NCBI GenBank assembly: GCA_002791275.1
Contig: PFWT01000009.1
Span: 146,548 to 210,547, forward strand
DNA from: Candidatus Uhrbacteria bacterium CG_4_9_14_3_um_filter_41_35
Lineage (GTDB): Bacteria > Patescibacteriota > Patescibacteriia > UBA9934
DNA: 64,000 bases
Direction: 5' to 3'
The notes below the pieces were generated by a model, which had not been told where the DNA came from, searched no databases, and saw only the letters and a list, made by a program, of their open reading frames with translations. A program made the position numbers and the translations under genes. Shown here one piece after another: positions 19,584 through 29,498 of this stretch. The first letter of the stretch is position 1; every line of letters starts with the position of its first letter.

Positions 19584-19671
19584 ACAAGTATTATATCACG
19601 AAACTTTGAAGCTAAGACAACTCAATAAGTTGATAACAAAAAAGAGCCTTTCGGCTCTTTTAATTTAATTA

Positions 19672-20190
19672 TTATCTAACAGCACTAATTGCTGTTGTAT
19701 TCTCTGACTCACAAGCGCCAACTGTAAGTGTGCCGTTTGCGTTCTTTGTAAGTGTGTAACCGGTTGTAACCGCATCCCAAGTCGCAAGCCCGTTTGGACT
19801 TACAGGTACAGCTCCAAGGTAACCCTGCGTTACGAGTGTAGTTAGATCAACACCACTGGTAGCACTAGTAACATTCACATCACAGTTTGTGTTGTTAACA
19901 TTGCAAGTTGTAGTACAGGTACCGATCATATAAACGTTACCAGCGATTAGCGCAGTAATAGCTGCGTCGTAGTCGCCACCATTGTCGACCTGATCGATTT
20001 TAGCTGCGTGCAAAACCTGAGTTACATCTGAGCTTCGTCGTGCGTCTCGTGCATCTCTGAATCGAGTTGCAGGGTCAAGAGCAACGAATACAATACCCGC
20101 CAAAATCGCGATAATCACAATCACGATTAAGAGCTCGAGCAGTGTAAAACCTTGTTCTGAATCTTTTAAGTTTTTAATCTTATTAATCAT
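19672..20190 (-). CDS. Type IV major pilin
   Basis: QG|FTLLELLIVIVIIAILAGI; terminator at 19640-19661; start at ATG 20190. Confidence 0.9.
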   Translation of the reverse strand: MINKIKNLKDSEQGFTLLELLIVIVIIAILAGIVFVALDPATRFRDARDARRSSDVTQVLHAAKIDQVDNGGDYDAAITALIAGNVYMIGTCTTTCNVNNTNCDVNVTSATSGVDLTTLVTQGYLGAVPVSPNGLATWDAVTTGYTLTKNANGTLTVGACESENTTAISAVR

Positions 20191-20255
20191 ATTTTTAATT
20201 ATATTTAAATCTATTATATCAAACTTGACGTATATATCTAACAACCTGTGCACAA

Positions 20256-21242
20256 TTAAATAAAATTGTGATCTTTGCGGTATTTGTGCTTTTTCACCGA
20301 TCTTAAAGCAGCACCGATTGCCGAGCCGTAAATTTGCAATTCTTTTTCGCTTATATTAGGGATACTAATAACCGAACCTATGCGAATTACCTTACTATTC
20401 TTAATACTTTTATCACACAGTTCCGCAACATTTGGTTGCCCCCCTTCTACACCCGCAAATATAATAAATGGAATCGAGTAACCTGAATCACTAAAAAATT
20501 TATGTGCTTCCTTAATAGCTCCGCAAATTTTTAGAAGAACTTCTTTAGTAATCAGTTTAGTCTTACCACCACTTTTGTCAGCAAGCTTTCGGATTGCAAT
20601 AGATCTAGAAAAAACCGTAGCCCCGGCAATATCGTAAACTGTAATATTCGTCCACCTATGGCCAACATCCACAATCATTATCATCTGCGTATCTTCGGTA
20701 ATTGAAAATTCGTTTAGAACAAAATGGGCATAAAGTCTATCTACCGCCTTATTATTCGACTCAATAGCCACTAGCGGAAATTGCTCACTGGCAAATACTG
20801 TCTGAAGTGAATTCAAAATATCTTTCTCTACAGCCAGAACAGTATTCCTCACCCCTTCGCTTACCTTCGCTCCATCTTCAAAAGCAATAAATGCGTCCTT
20901 AAAAGGCATTGGAATATCCTCTTGTCCGCCTTCGATCATTTTAGCTTTTTTCTCCTCCTTTAACAGTTTTTCAGAAGACATTATAAAACTTGTTGAAAAA
21001 ACTCTTGATTCTGGGACTAAAATCGTAGTGTCTGCAGTTATATCTTGAATGCCGGACTTTACTAAAAGTTTCTTGATCTGTTCCTTGAGTTCCTTTGGTT
21101 TTTCAATTTTATCGTCAACAATGTAGCCTGGCGACAAGACAAGCTCATAAAGACCAACAGGTATTCCACTGTGGTTTACGTAGGCAATTCTAATATGGTG
21201 ATCCGAAACGTCAATTCCGATTCCTGATGAAAGTAATGGCAT
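20256..21242 (-). CDS. pilM: PilM-like actin-fold pilus assembly protein
   Basis: GIGIDVSD, IVDVGH...T, AIGAALR; inside pilus locus. Confidence 0.75.
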   Translation of the reverse strand: MPLLSSGIGIDVSDHHIRIAYVNHSGIPVGLYELVLSPGYIVDDKIEKPKELKEQIKKLLVKSGIQDITADTTILVPESRVFSTSFIMSSEKLLKEEKKAKMIEGGQEDIPMPFKDAFIAFEDGAKVSEGVRNTVLAVEKDILNSLQTVFASEQFPLVAIESNNKAVDRLYAHFVLNEFSITEDTQMIMIVDVGHRWTNITVYDIAGATVFSRSIAIRKLADKSGGKTKLITKEVLLKICGAIKEAHKFFSDSGYSIPFIIFAGVEGGQPNVAELCDKSIKNSKVIRIGSVISIPNISEKELQIYGSAIGAALRSVKKHKYRKDHNFI

Positions 21243-21243
21243 A

Positions 21244-21675
21244 TTAAATTTCTTCCCAATTTGTAATTAAAACATTAATTGCATTTCCAAAATTGTTATA
21301 AACCAGAGCTGTGTTGACAACTAGATTTCTTGTTATACCCGCAACTGTTACAGCAACCGTAATAAGTCTTGTGCTTCCCCCACCAGTTACAGTAACCGTA
21401 CACACACCATTTCCGATAGTTGTAATCGTTCCACCAGTATAACCAATATTGTCCTTCAGTCTATAAATTGCCTCATCAACACAGGCTTCACCGATTTGAA
21501 TTGCCTGATGCGCCTGATCAGATTCTAGATTTAGCGAAAGTTCGTTTACACTAAATTTAGCAACAGCTAATCCAAGTGATAATGTCATTGCTAAAATTAC
21601 AACCACAACAAGTAGCGCAGCAACTCCGTGCTCATCTTTTTGGATAATCTTAAATTTATTTTTCAGGCTTTTCAT
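21244..21675 (-). CDS. PilX/GspK-like minor pilin
   Basis: HG|VAALLVVVV without E5, C-terminal WEE. Confidence 0.7.
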   Translation of the reverse strand: MKSLKNKFKIIQKDEHGVAALLVVVVILAMTLSLGLAVAKFSVNELSLNLESDQAHQAIQIGEACVDEAIYRLKDNIGYTGGTITTIGNGVCTVTVTGGGSTRLITVAVTVAGITRNLVVNTALVYNNFGNAINVLITNWEEI

Positions 21676-21697
21676 CTGTTTAATTATAGAATTTTTC

Positions 21698-22240
21698 CTA
21701 GCGCACCACAACACTTGTTTGCATAGAGGTTGAGGTATTTATTAATACTCCTGATTTATCGCGCCACTCCAGTGTGAGATCTATTTTAATATTTGTTGTT
21801 CTGCCCGGAACACTTAGATCCGTGAAGACTAGACTGGTGACATTAACTAGGTCCGAACTTATGTTCATCGGCGCGCCAGCTCCCTGCTGAATGCGAACTA
21901 CACCGCCCACAACATCAAAAACTGTTGGGTCCAAACTCCCGGTATTATTCACGAGCGAAAGAACGCCGGGATTTACGCCAAAACTTGAAGTTGTGAAATT
22001 AACATCGTTTGCCGACTTAATTTCGCGCGCAATTTTTTCCATTATGAACCGACCATTTTGACTAACTTCGTGCATAGTTCTCGCCTTTTGACCGCTTTGG
22101 ACAACGCTAACAGTGAAGCCAATCATACTAGTAAAAAAGACGGAAATAATCGCAAGATATATAATCAATTCCACTAAAGTATTACCTTTTGTATTCGATC
22201 TTATCTTTTTTAGACCAGAACTTATAGCAAGAACATTCAT
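21698..22240 (-). CDS. PilW/GspJ-like minor pilin
   Basis: KG|NTLVELIIYLAII. Confidence 0.78.
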   Translation of the reverse strand: MNVLAISSGLKKIRSNTKGNTLVELIIYLAIISVFFTSMIGFTVSVVQSGQKARTMHEVSQNGRFIMEKIAREIKSANDVNFTTSSFGVNPGVLSLVNNTGSLDPTVFDVVGGVVRIQQGAGAPMNISSDLVNVTSLVFTDLSVPGRTTNIKIDLTLEWRDKSGVLINTSTSMQTSVVVR

Positions 22241-22241
22241 A

Positions 22242-25200
22242 TTATTTATAAGTTACGGTGATGTCATTAAATAGCGGTGGAGTAAGCGCACCTGTTGATG
22301 TAATAATCACCCGGTACTGGAAGTAGCGACCAGTTTGACCAGCCAAACTCACACCATCTGCGGTTGTGTAATCCGGTGAAAAAACTGACCAAGTACCATC
22401 AATAACCGGCGAATTTCCACTCCGCACCGCTACGGTAATTTCTGAATTAGCCGGCAAAGTTTCACTCCACGAGAGTGTGTCCCAAACATTTGAAGCAACG
22501 TCGCTGTCAAAAATTATTGATGTGTAAGTCCCGAGTCCTCCCACGGAACCAGCACCACCACCGATAATTTGCTCAAGATGCATAAAGAGTCCAGCATCAC
22601 CTACAATCCAACCATTACCCGAACTTGTCATTGAGATGTCGTTCAAATTAGTGGTAACCGGTGAAGTAAAGAGCGCCCAAGAGATGCCCTTGTACTGAAT
22701 TAAGGCTCCGGCATCCCCAACTGCCCAGCCGTCATCGAAAGCTGTTAAATTGATCGCATTAAGATTTGCAACTGTTGGTGAAGTATCCGTTGTCCAAGTT
22801 GTCCCGTTATAGATGAGGATCGTACCAGTTGCACCAACCGCCCAACCATCGGTGGCCGAAACCATATAGATATCGTTCAGTTGATTGCCAGTTGGCGATG
22901 TTACAGTGCTCCAGTTTGAACCATTGTAGTGAATAATGGTACCGCCTGCCCCCACTGCCCAAATATCGCCAGGACCAACCGCATAAACAGCCTGTAGGTT
23001 TTGTATTGTTGGTGAAGTAGTCAATACCCAATTTACACCGTTAAAATGTAAAATTATACCGCCGTTACCCACTGCCCAAGCATCCGCCGTATCTATTACA
23101 TCAACTGCGGTTAGATTGTTTACAGTTGGTGAAGACATTGTGGTCCAAACCCCCGTATCATTTTTTACAATCGTACCATTATCACCTACGGCAAAACCTG
23201 TTGTTTCATTAAAGAAATCAACCGCGTTCACGTTAACTGTTACTGGCGACGCGTCCACATCCCAAGCGGTACCAGCGTAACTATTGAGCGACCCTAGGTT
23301 GGCCACTGAGAAACCGACCGTATCTGAAACTAAATGAATACCATTGATATTTTCAGTTGTTGGGTTGTTGTAGCTAATTTTTATTGAGTCTAGGCTTGGC
23401 GTAATGCTTTGATTCAAGGTACTTAAAGTAACTTCATACTGCAGATACTGACCATTTAGCGAAGCAATTACTTCACCGTTTGGATTGGTATACGCACCAG
23501 CAAACGCTGACCAGCTACCGTCTGGTACTGGTGTTGCGCCAGTCCGAGTGTTAATCACAACATCCACTGCCCCCTGACCAATATCTTCAACCCAAGAAAT
23601 ATAATCCCAGTGAGTGTTTGGATCTAGACTGTTGATTATCGGAGAAGTGTAGGTACCGGTTAAGAAGTAAAGTCCTGTGTAGTGCACAAAGGTTGAACTC
23701 AGACCTCCGGCCCAGATATCGCTGCTATCCGCGATCGAAACTGAGTTAAGATCTGTCCCCGTTGGTGAACTCGCTTGTGTCCAAGTTAACCCGTCCCACT
23801 TTAAAATAACTCCATTGTCTCCCACAATCCAGCCATCAGTCGCCGAAACCATTTCGACATCCTGAAGCTCACTATTCGTTGGCGACGCCACATTTGACCA
23901 ACTTGTTCCGTCGTAGTGCATAATCGTGCCACTGCGACCAACTACCCAACCGTCTGTTGCAGAAATGAAATTGATAGCATTTAAGTTTTGACTCGTTGGT
24001 GTGCTCATTGAAGACCAGTTTGAACCGTTCCAATGCAGAATTCGACCACTTCGACCTGCAATATAACCATCTGTAGCCGAGATCATACTAACATCATTTA
24101 AACTACTACTGGTGCCTGAGTTAACTAAGGACCAAGAAATACCGTCATACGAAAGGATTTTTCCATTTTTTCCAACAGCCACTCCAAACGAGGAGCTGAC
24201 CATATCAACATCATAAAGTGTTTGTGAGGTTGGTGAAGTTGCAATTGTCCAGACCGAACCATTGTTTACTAAAATCTGACCCTCTTCACCCACCGCCCAA
24301 CCTTCGGTTGCTGATGCAAAATCAACTCCGTACATTTGTTTTTGTGTTGGAGAATTGATTTGCGACCAGCCATTATTTTCGTATTTAAACATTGCACCGT
24401 TTCGTCCCACAGCCCAACCAGTTGAACTATTAATCATACAAATATCTTCCACCGTATCGTTTCCAAGTTCAGCTGTGTAGTCACTCCAGTATGTTGGAAT
24501 AAAGTAGGTTGTTGCTGTCCAAACTGTACCATCATAATTTGCCACCATTCCATTTGCGCCAACCGCAAAGCCGGAAGAAGTGTTTTGCATTTTTACTCCA
24601 ATAAAATCCTCAGTCGTAAGCGTGGTAACTGTGTACCAATTACTTCCGTTATAGTGAAGTATCGTCCCTGAGTCACCAACAGCCCAAACATCATTTGTAG
24701 CAATAGCATATACGCCACGTAAATCATCATGAGTTGGTGTGTTTACACTCGACCACGAAGACCCGTTCCAGTGCCGAGCCGTGCCATTATCCCCAACAGC
24801 CCAACCGTCATTCGCCGAAATAAAGTACACATCTCTAAGTTTCTGTGAGGTGCCGCTTGAAACGTTTGACCAACTATTACCGTTCCAATGAATTATTTGA
24901 CCACTCTCACCAACAGCCCAACCATCTGTTGTTGAAAGCATATAAACTGCTGCGAAGTTTCTAGATGTTGGTGAGGAGATTTTTGACCAAGAATTGCCAT
25001 TGTACCGTAAAATTGTTCCATCCTCGCCAACTGCCATACCAAAACTTGAACTTACCATTGAAACACTTGCCAGATCTTCTGAGGTTGGCGAAGAAACCGT
25101 GCTCCAGGTTCCATTATAATTCAAAATCGTACCCGAATCACCAACCGCAAAGCCGTTATTTGAATCTATGAAATCAAGAGAATTTAAGTCACGAGTCGTT

Positions 25201-26885
25201 GGAGAAGATAAATCGATCCAATTTGTGCCGTTAAAATTTGCTATTGTACCAGAATCTCCAACACCCCAACCGCTTGTGTTACCAAGTATTTCAACACTGT
25301 TAAGATCATTTGAACCAGAGACGCCACTTGCACCTGTGCCGTCAAACAAACCAATCACCGGTATACTCGATCCCCCAACGAACCAGCCATTATTTTCGTC
25401 TAGCAGATAAACACTCTTTAGATCCTCACCAGTAACTGATGCCTGTGCTGTCCAGCTACTACCATTCCAGTGGAAAATATCCCCGTTATCACCAACCGCA
25501 ACACCAAAGTTAGCGCTCACCATTGATAAACCTCTTATATCAGGTGAACCTGAAATTTGCTGGCTAACCCACGAATTACCATTGTAAAAAATCATGGTTC
25601 CCGATCGACCTCCTGCCCAGACATGCGAGGCATCAACCGCATAAACCGTGTAAAGTCGTTGATTAATTGGATTTGATACCGAAATCCATAGAGAGCCATT
25701 CCAATTATACGTGTGCCCATTTCGATCAACGGCCCAAGCATTAGTTTCTGAAATTACTGAAACATCGTATAAATCAGAATTGGTACCAGAAGTAACCGCT
25801 GTCCAAACAGCTCCATTCCAGTGTTGAATTTCACCACCAGTTGCGACAATCCAGCCATCAGTCGGGCTTGAAAAATCTATCGCATTCAAATTTTTATTAC
25901 TTGCCGAGGGTATAGTACTCCAGCTAAGACCATTCCAGTGAAGTATTAGGCCGGAATCTCCAACCAACCAAACATCATTCACCGATTTAACATAAACTCC
26001 ATTTAAATCTGCAGTTACTCCACTTGCCACCTGAAACCAATTTGCACCATCCCACTTCAAAATTGAACCAGTATTTCCAACTGCATAGCCAAGATCTGCG
26101 GAACTCATGTGAATGTCATTTAACAAATCCGAGTTAGCAGCTGGCGGAGAAAATACTCCCCATTGTGGGGTATTGTTGAGTTCAATCGATGCTGTAGCTC
26201 CGGTTCTTGCTCGAACTGTGTCCGTGAAGGTTCCTGGATCAAAATCAAGATCGGTCGTATGAATTACCGACAGTCCTCCTCCAGGAATCCACCTGTCAAC
26301 GGCAAAGGATGTGTCTCCTGAAATTGTGAGTGATGCTGAATCGCCAGTGCCATTTATTACAATGTCCGTTGCCGTACCAGCGCTAAAATCAGTACTCGAA
26401 GTTTCGTGCCAATCAAAAACGTTCCAGTCGGTTAAATAAGTAACCGCCTGCACACTTCGCAGAGCGTTTCTGGCAGTCCAACTCACAACTGAAGTTACTT
26501 TTTTTGTACGCGGATCAATCTGCCCGCCGGTTGCCACGATATTATTATTCACATCCCGCTCAACACTTGAAATTGTAACCACACGAGTGTAAATATCAAC
26601 AATGTCATTTACACCACTAAACGCCCAGCTACCACCCGTGTTTGCCACGCCATGCGCACCGTCAATTAAGTTCAGCCAAGATTCATCGCGGATACTCCGA
26701 GCCGCTTCAAGTCCCTCCTGCGCTATAACCGTTGCCCGCACCTCTTCGTTACTGACGCCAAGCGAAACTAAACTATCAAGGAAAATTGTGCTCACAACCA
26801 AGGTTATGATACTAAAAATCGACATGGCAATAACTACTTCTGCCAAACTTTGACCTTTTTTATTTTTGAAAATTGAAGTAAACAT
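22242..26885 (-). CDS. Giant PilV-like minor pilin/adhesin with 28 BNR/YCF48-like propeller repeats
   Basis: KG|QSLAEVVIAM pilin N-terminus; ~40-aa repeats SPT..L..V...S...GWAVG..G.I..Y.G..W. Confidence 0.85.
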   Translation of the reverse strand: MFTSIFKNKKGQSLAEVVIAMSIFSIITLVVSTIFLDSLVSLGVSNEEVRATVIAQEGLEAARSIRDESWLNLIDGAHGVANTGGSWAFSGVNDIVDIYTRVVTISSVERDVNNNIVATGGQIDPRTKKVTSVVSWTARNALRSVQAVTYLTDWNVFDWHETSSTDFSAGTATDIVINGTGDSASLTISGDTSFAVDRWIPGGGLSVIHTTDLDFDPGTFTDTVRARTGATASIELNNTPQWGVFSPPAANSDLLNDIHMSSADLGYAVGNTGSILKWDGANWFQVASGVTADLNGVYVKSVNDVWLVGDSGLILHWNGLSWSTIPSASNKNLNAIDFSSPTDGWIVATGGEIQHWNGAVWTAVTSGTNSDLYDVSVISETNAWAVDRNGHTYNWNGSLWISVSNPINQRLYTVYAVDASHVWAGGRSGTMIFYNGNSWVSQQISGSPDIRGLSMVSANFGVAVGDNGDIFHWNGSSWTAQASVTGEDLKSVYLLDENNGWFVGGSSIPVIGLFDGTGASGVSGSNDLNSVEILGNTSGWGVGDSGTIANFNGTNWIDLSSPTTRDLNSLDFIDSNNGFAVGDSGTILNYNGTWSTVSSPTSEDLASVSMVSSSFGMAVGEDGTILRYNGNSWSKISSPTSRNFAAVYMLSTTDGWAVGESGQIIHWNGNSWSNVSSGTSQKLRDVYFISANDGWAVGDNGTARHWNGSSWSSVNTPTHDDLRGVYAIATNDVWAVGDSGTILHYNGSNWYTVTTLTTEDFIGVKMQNTSSGFAVGANGMVANYDGTVWTATTYFIPTYWSDYTAELGNDTVEDICMINSSTGWAVGRNGAMFKYENNGWSQINSPTQKQMYGVDFASATEGWAVGEEGQILVNNGSVWTIATSPTSQTLYDVDMVSSSFGVAVGKNGKILSYDGISWSLVNSGTSSSLNDVSMISATDGYIAGRSGRILHWNGSNWSSMSTPTSQNLNAINFISATDGWVVGRSGTIMHYDGTSWSNVASPTNSELQDVEMVSATDGWIVGDNGVILKWDGLTWTQASSPTGTDLNSVSIADSSDIWAGGLSSTFVHYTGLYFLTGTYTSPIINSLDPNTHWDYISWVEDIGQGAVDVVINTRTGATPVPDGSWSAFAGAYTNPNGEVIASLNGQYLQYEVTLSTLNQSITPSLDSIKISYNNPTTENINGIHLVSDTVGFSVANLGSLNSYAGTAWDVDASPVTVNVNAVDFFNETTGFAVGDNGTIVKNDTGVWTTMSSPTVNNLTAVDVIDTADAWAVGNGGIILHFNGVNWVLTTSPTIQNLQAVYAVGPGDIWAVGAGGTIIHYNGSNWSTVTSPTGNQLNDIYMVSATDGWAVGATGTILIYNGTTWTTDTSPTVANLNAINLTAFDDGWAVGDAGALIQYKGISWALFTSPVTTNLNDISMTSSGNGWIVGDAGLFMHLEQIIGGGAGSVGGLGTYTSIIFDSDVASNVWDTLSWSETLPANSEITVAVRSGNSPVIDGTWSVFSPDYTTADGVSLAGQTGRYFQYRVIITSTGALTPPLFNDITVTYK

Positions 26886-27349
26886 TAGTTTCGGGTTATA
26901 GCTCCAGCTGGATTGACTAAGATTGTTTTTTTCTCCGCTGTTTCGTTTAATTCGACCGTAATCGTGGCCGGGGTCGAAGTGTTTCCGTGCGAATTATTAA
27001 ACAGCACATCTGCGCCCCCACCCTGAATTGTAATCTGAGACAAAGTTGTAGAATTTGGCAGGGTTGTTGTAACATTATCCGGAGCTCCTGGAATATAGGT
27101 AGTGCCTCGGTACAAAGTAAAATCATTAGCTGTAAAGTGCACACCCCAAACATCATTTTGACGACCATTCATAGTGTGCCACTCGGCGCGCCTCAGAGTA
27201 TCAACAACATCTGTTGAAACGTTTACTAAATCATTTCTGTTAACCGAAGAACTCATTACCAAGGCGCCAATCAAAACTATTATCGATGATAACGCGGTTA
27301 CTATCAGCGTTTCAAGTAAAGTAAAACCATGGTGATTTATGTTTTTCAT
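26885..27349 (-). CDS. FimT/FimU-like minor pilin
   Basis: HG|FTLLETLIV. Confidence 0.8.
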   Translation of the reverse strand: MKNINHHGFTLLETLIVTALSSIIVLIGALVMSSSVNRNDLVNVSTDVVDTLRRAEWHTMNGRQNDVWGVHFTANDFTLYRGTTYIPGAPDNVTTTLPNSTTLSQITIQGGGADVLFNNSHGNTSTPATITVELNETAEKKTILVNPAGAITRN

Positions 27350-27357
27350 AAGGATGA

Positions 27358-28503
27358 TTAAACACCCGACAAAATTGAATAAATTGGTGTCAGAATAGAC
27401 ATCGCCATAATCGCTACCACACCTCCAATAAATAGAAGCATAATCGGTTCCAAGATTGACGATAGGTTTTTTGACATCACCATCACCCGTTCTTCATAAT
27501 AATCAGCCAAAAACTCGAGTGTTGAACCTAAACTTGCAGATCTTTCACCAACCGCAACCATTCGCTGAATCATTTTTGGATATAGATCAGGGTACCGTTC
27601 AATAATTGCCGAAAATTCGCTACCGCCCGCTACCTGTTTCATCATATTCTTCACTGATTTTGCGTAAACGTAGTTTGGCATCACTCGCGAAGTAATATCG
27701 AGCGCCTCTTCGATCGCGGTTCCACTTTGCAGTAAGGTTCCAACAGTCCTACAAAAGCGAGCGCGATTGATAAGGTTTGTAAACACACCAACCACCGGGA
27801 TTGCTAAAAGTACTCTGTCAGTAATTGGACGCACCGCCTTTCGCCTTGAAAACCAAAGGAAAAACACGGTACCTCCGATTGAAGCTGGTACCACAATCGC
27901 GCCATAGGCCACGAAGAAATTTGAAACCCAGATCAAAATTCGGGTAGTAATCGGCAGTTCCACGTTCAAAGACTCGAAAATCTGGCTAACCTGTGGCAAC
28001 ACGAAAATTGCAATTCCAAAACCGAGCACAACTGCCATACTAAGTACCACGGAAGGATAAATCATAGCTGACTGCACATTTCGCTTTAAGCTAAGATCGC
28101 TCTCCATTTGTTTTGCTAAACGTTCAAGGTTTGCGTCGAGAGTCCCTGAGTTTTCTCCCACCTCCACAGCACTAATAAACGAAGCATCAAAAGTTTTCGA
28201 CTCAAATTTTAAAGCATCAGCAAAAGCTGAACCGCCCTGAACTCGACGATTTACCCGTTTTAACACCTTCTTGAGGGTCCCCACCGACTGCTCTGTGATT
28301 ACCTCAAGCGCTTCAGGCACCGAAAGACCAGCATTTAGCATAACCGCAAAGTGCTTCGAAACCATCGCTACATCGGTGGTTTTTACCTTACCTAAACTAA
28401 TTTCCGTCTTGTACCAAGGAAGTTTTCCTTCTTTTGCAACGACCCTGTTAAGGCTATTTTTTGTCGGACTATTATTCACTTTTTTTGTAATTGTTTTTGC
28501 CAT
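27358..28503 (-). CDS. pilC: Type IV pilus platform protein (GspF family)
   Basis: GENSGTLD, AMIYP, LPITT, GERSASL, ILEP; start at second Met. Confidence 0.92.
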   Translation of the reverse strand: MAKTITKKVNNSPTKNSLNRVVAKEGKLPWYKTEISLGKVKTTDVAMVSKHFAVMLNAGLSVPEALEVITEQSVGTLKKVLKRVNRRVQGGSAFADALKFESKTFDASFISAVEVGENSGTLDANLERLAKQMESDLSLKRNVQSAMIYPSVVLSMAVVLGFGIAIFVLPQVSQIFESLNVELPITTRILIWVSNFFVAYGAIVVPASIGGTVFFLWFSRRKAVRPITDRVLLAIPVVGVFTNLINRARFCRTVGTLLQSGTAIEEALDITSRVMPNYVYAKSVKNMMKQVAGGSEFSAIIERYPDLYPKMIQRMVAVGERSASLGSTLEFLADYYEERVMVMSKNLSSILEPIMLLFIGGVVAIMAMSILTPIYSILSGV

Positions 28504-28504
28504 A

Positions 28505-29497
28505 TTATTCAATAATTCCGTCAGCTTGGAGTTGTTCTAAAACTTGTTTCATAGAAATCATTCCAAATTTTCGTCCGGTTTCGATAGCTGAACGTATAGT
28601 TGAAAGTTTGTTGTTTCTTATAGCATTCCTTACCGCCGAAGTTGAGGTTAAAATTTCCCTCGCAGCCATTCGTGTACCATCTTTCTTCATCACAAGGTGT
28701 TGCGATACAACCATTTTTAAGGCAGCTGATAGTTGAATTAAAATCTGTTGCTGCTTTGCGCCTTCAAAAACTCCCACAATTCTTTCTACAACTTCAGTGG
28801 CATTTGGCGAGTGAAGAGTTGATAAAACCAAGTGTCCAGTTTCCGCAGCTGTTAACGCTAGTTCAATAGTTTCCGGATCACGCATCTCGCCTATCACAAT
28901 TACATTCGGATCCTGCCTTAAAACGTGGCGTAAACCCGAGGCAAAAGTCTGAAAATCTGTCCCAAGCTCCCGTTGTTCAATAAGTGAATTACCTTTTTGA
29001 AAACGGTATTCAATCGGATCTTCGAGTGTAATAATGTGCTGTTTGTCAGTTTCATTGATGTGTTGAATCATTGTTGCAAGCGTAGTTGACTTTCCGGTTC
29101 CTGCCGGACCACTTAAAATAACCAGGCCACTTAGCTCACCGACAATATCTAAAATTTGCTGATCAAGTTCTATTTCTTCTGGCGTTGGCGGTTCGTTTGC
29201 AAAAATTCTTATTGAAAGCCCAAAACCGCCCGATTGTTTATGCGCATTAATTCGCAAAAATGTTTTACTCACTTCAAGACCAGTATCTACATCTCCAGTT
29301 TTCACCAATCTAGATTTTTGTTCAGCATTTAAAATTTTTCCCAGTATATTCTTTGCCTCAACCTGTGTAAAAATAGGCTTATCTATAACCGTCAGTTCAC
29401 CTTCAATTCGAAAATAAGGCGCTGATCCAACCACCAAGTGGATATCCGAGGCACCTTTCTTGAGCGCAAGTAATAGTATTTTTTTAAATTCCTCCAT
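28505..29497 (-). CDS. pilT: Type IV pilus retraction ATPase
   Basis: ASDIHL, GPAGTGKSTT, EDPIE, LRQDPN, TGHLVLSTLH, AVRNAIR. Confidence 0.92.
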   Translation of the reverse strand: MEEFKKILLLALKKGASDIHLVVGSAPYFRIEGELTVIDKPIFTQVEAKNILGKILNAEQKSRLVKTGDVDTGLEVSKTFLRINAHKQSGGFGLSIRIFANEPPTPEEIELDQQILDIVGELSGLVILSGPAGTGKSTTLATMIQHINETDKQHIITLEDPIEYRFQKGNSLIEQRELGTDFQTFASGLRHVLRQDPNVIVIGEMRDPETIELALTAAETGHLVLSTLHSPNATEVVERIVGVFEGAKQQQILIQLSAALKMVVSQHLVMKKDGTRMAAREILTSTSAVRNAIRNNKLSTIRSAIETGRKFGMISMKQVLEQLQADGIIE

Positions 29498-29498
29498 A

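Noticed and set aside
22242-26885. DGR target or variable repeat
   Set aside because: No reverse transcriptase or adenine-specific TR/VR pair seen; repeats diverge at all positions
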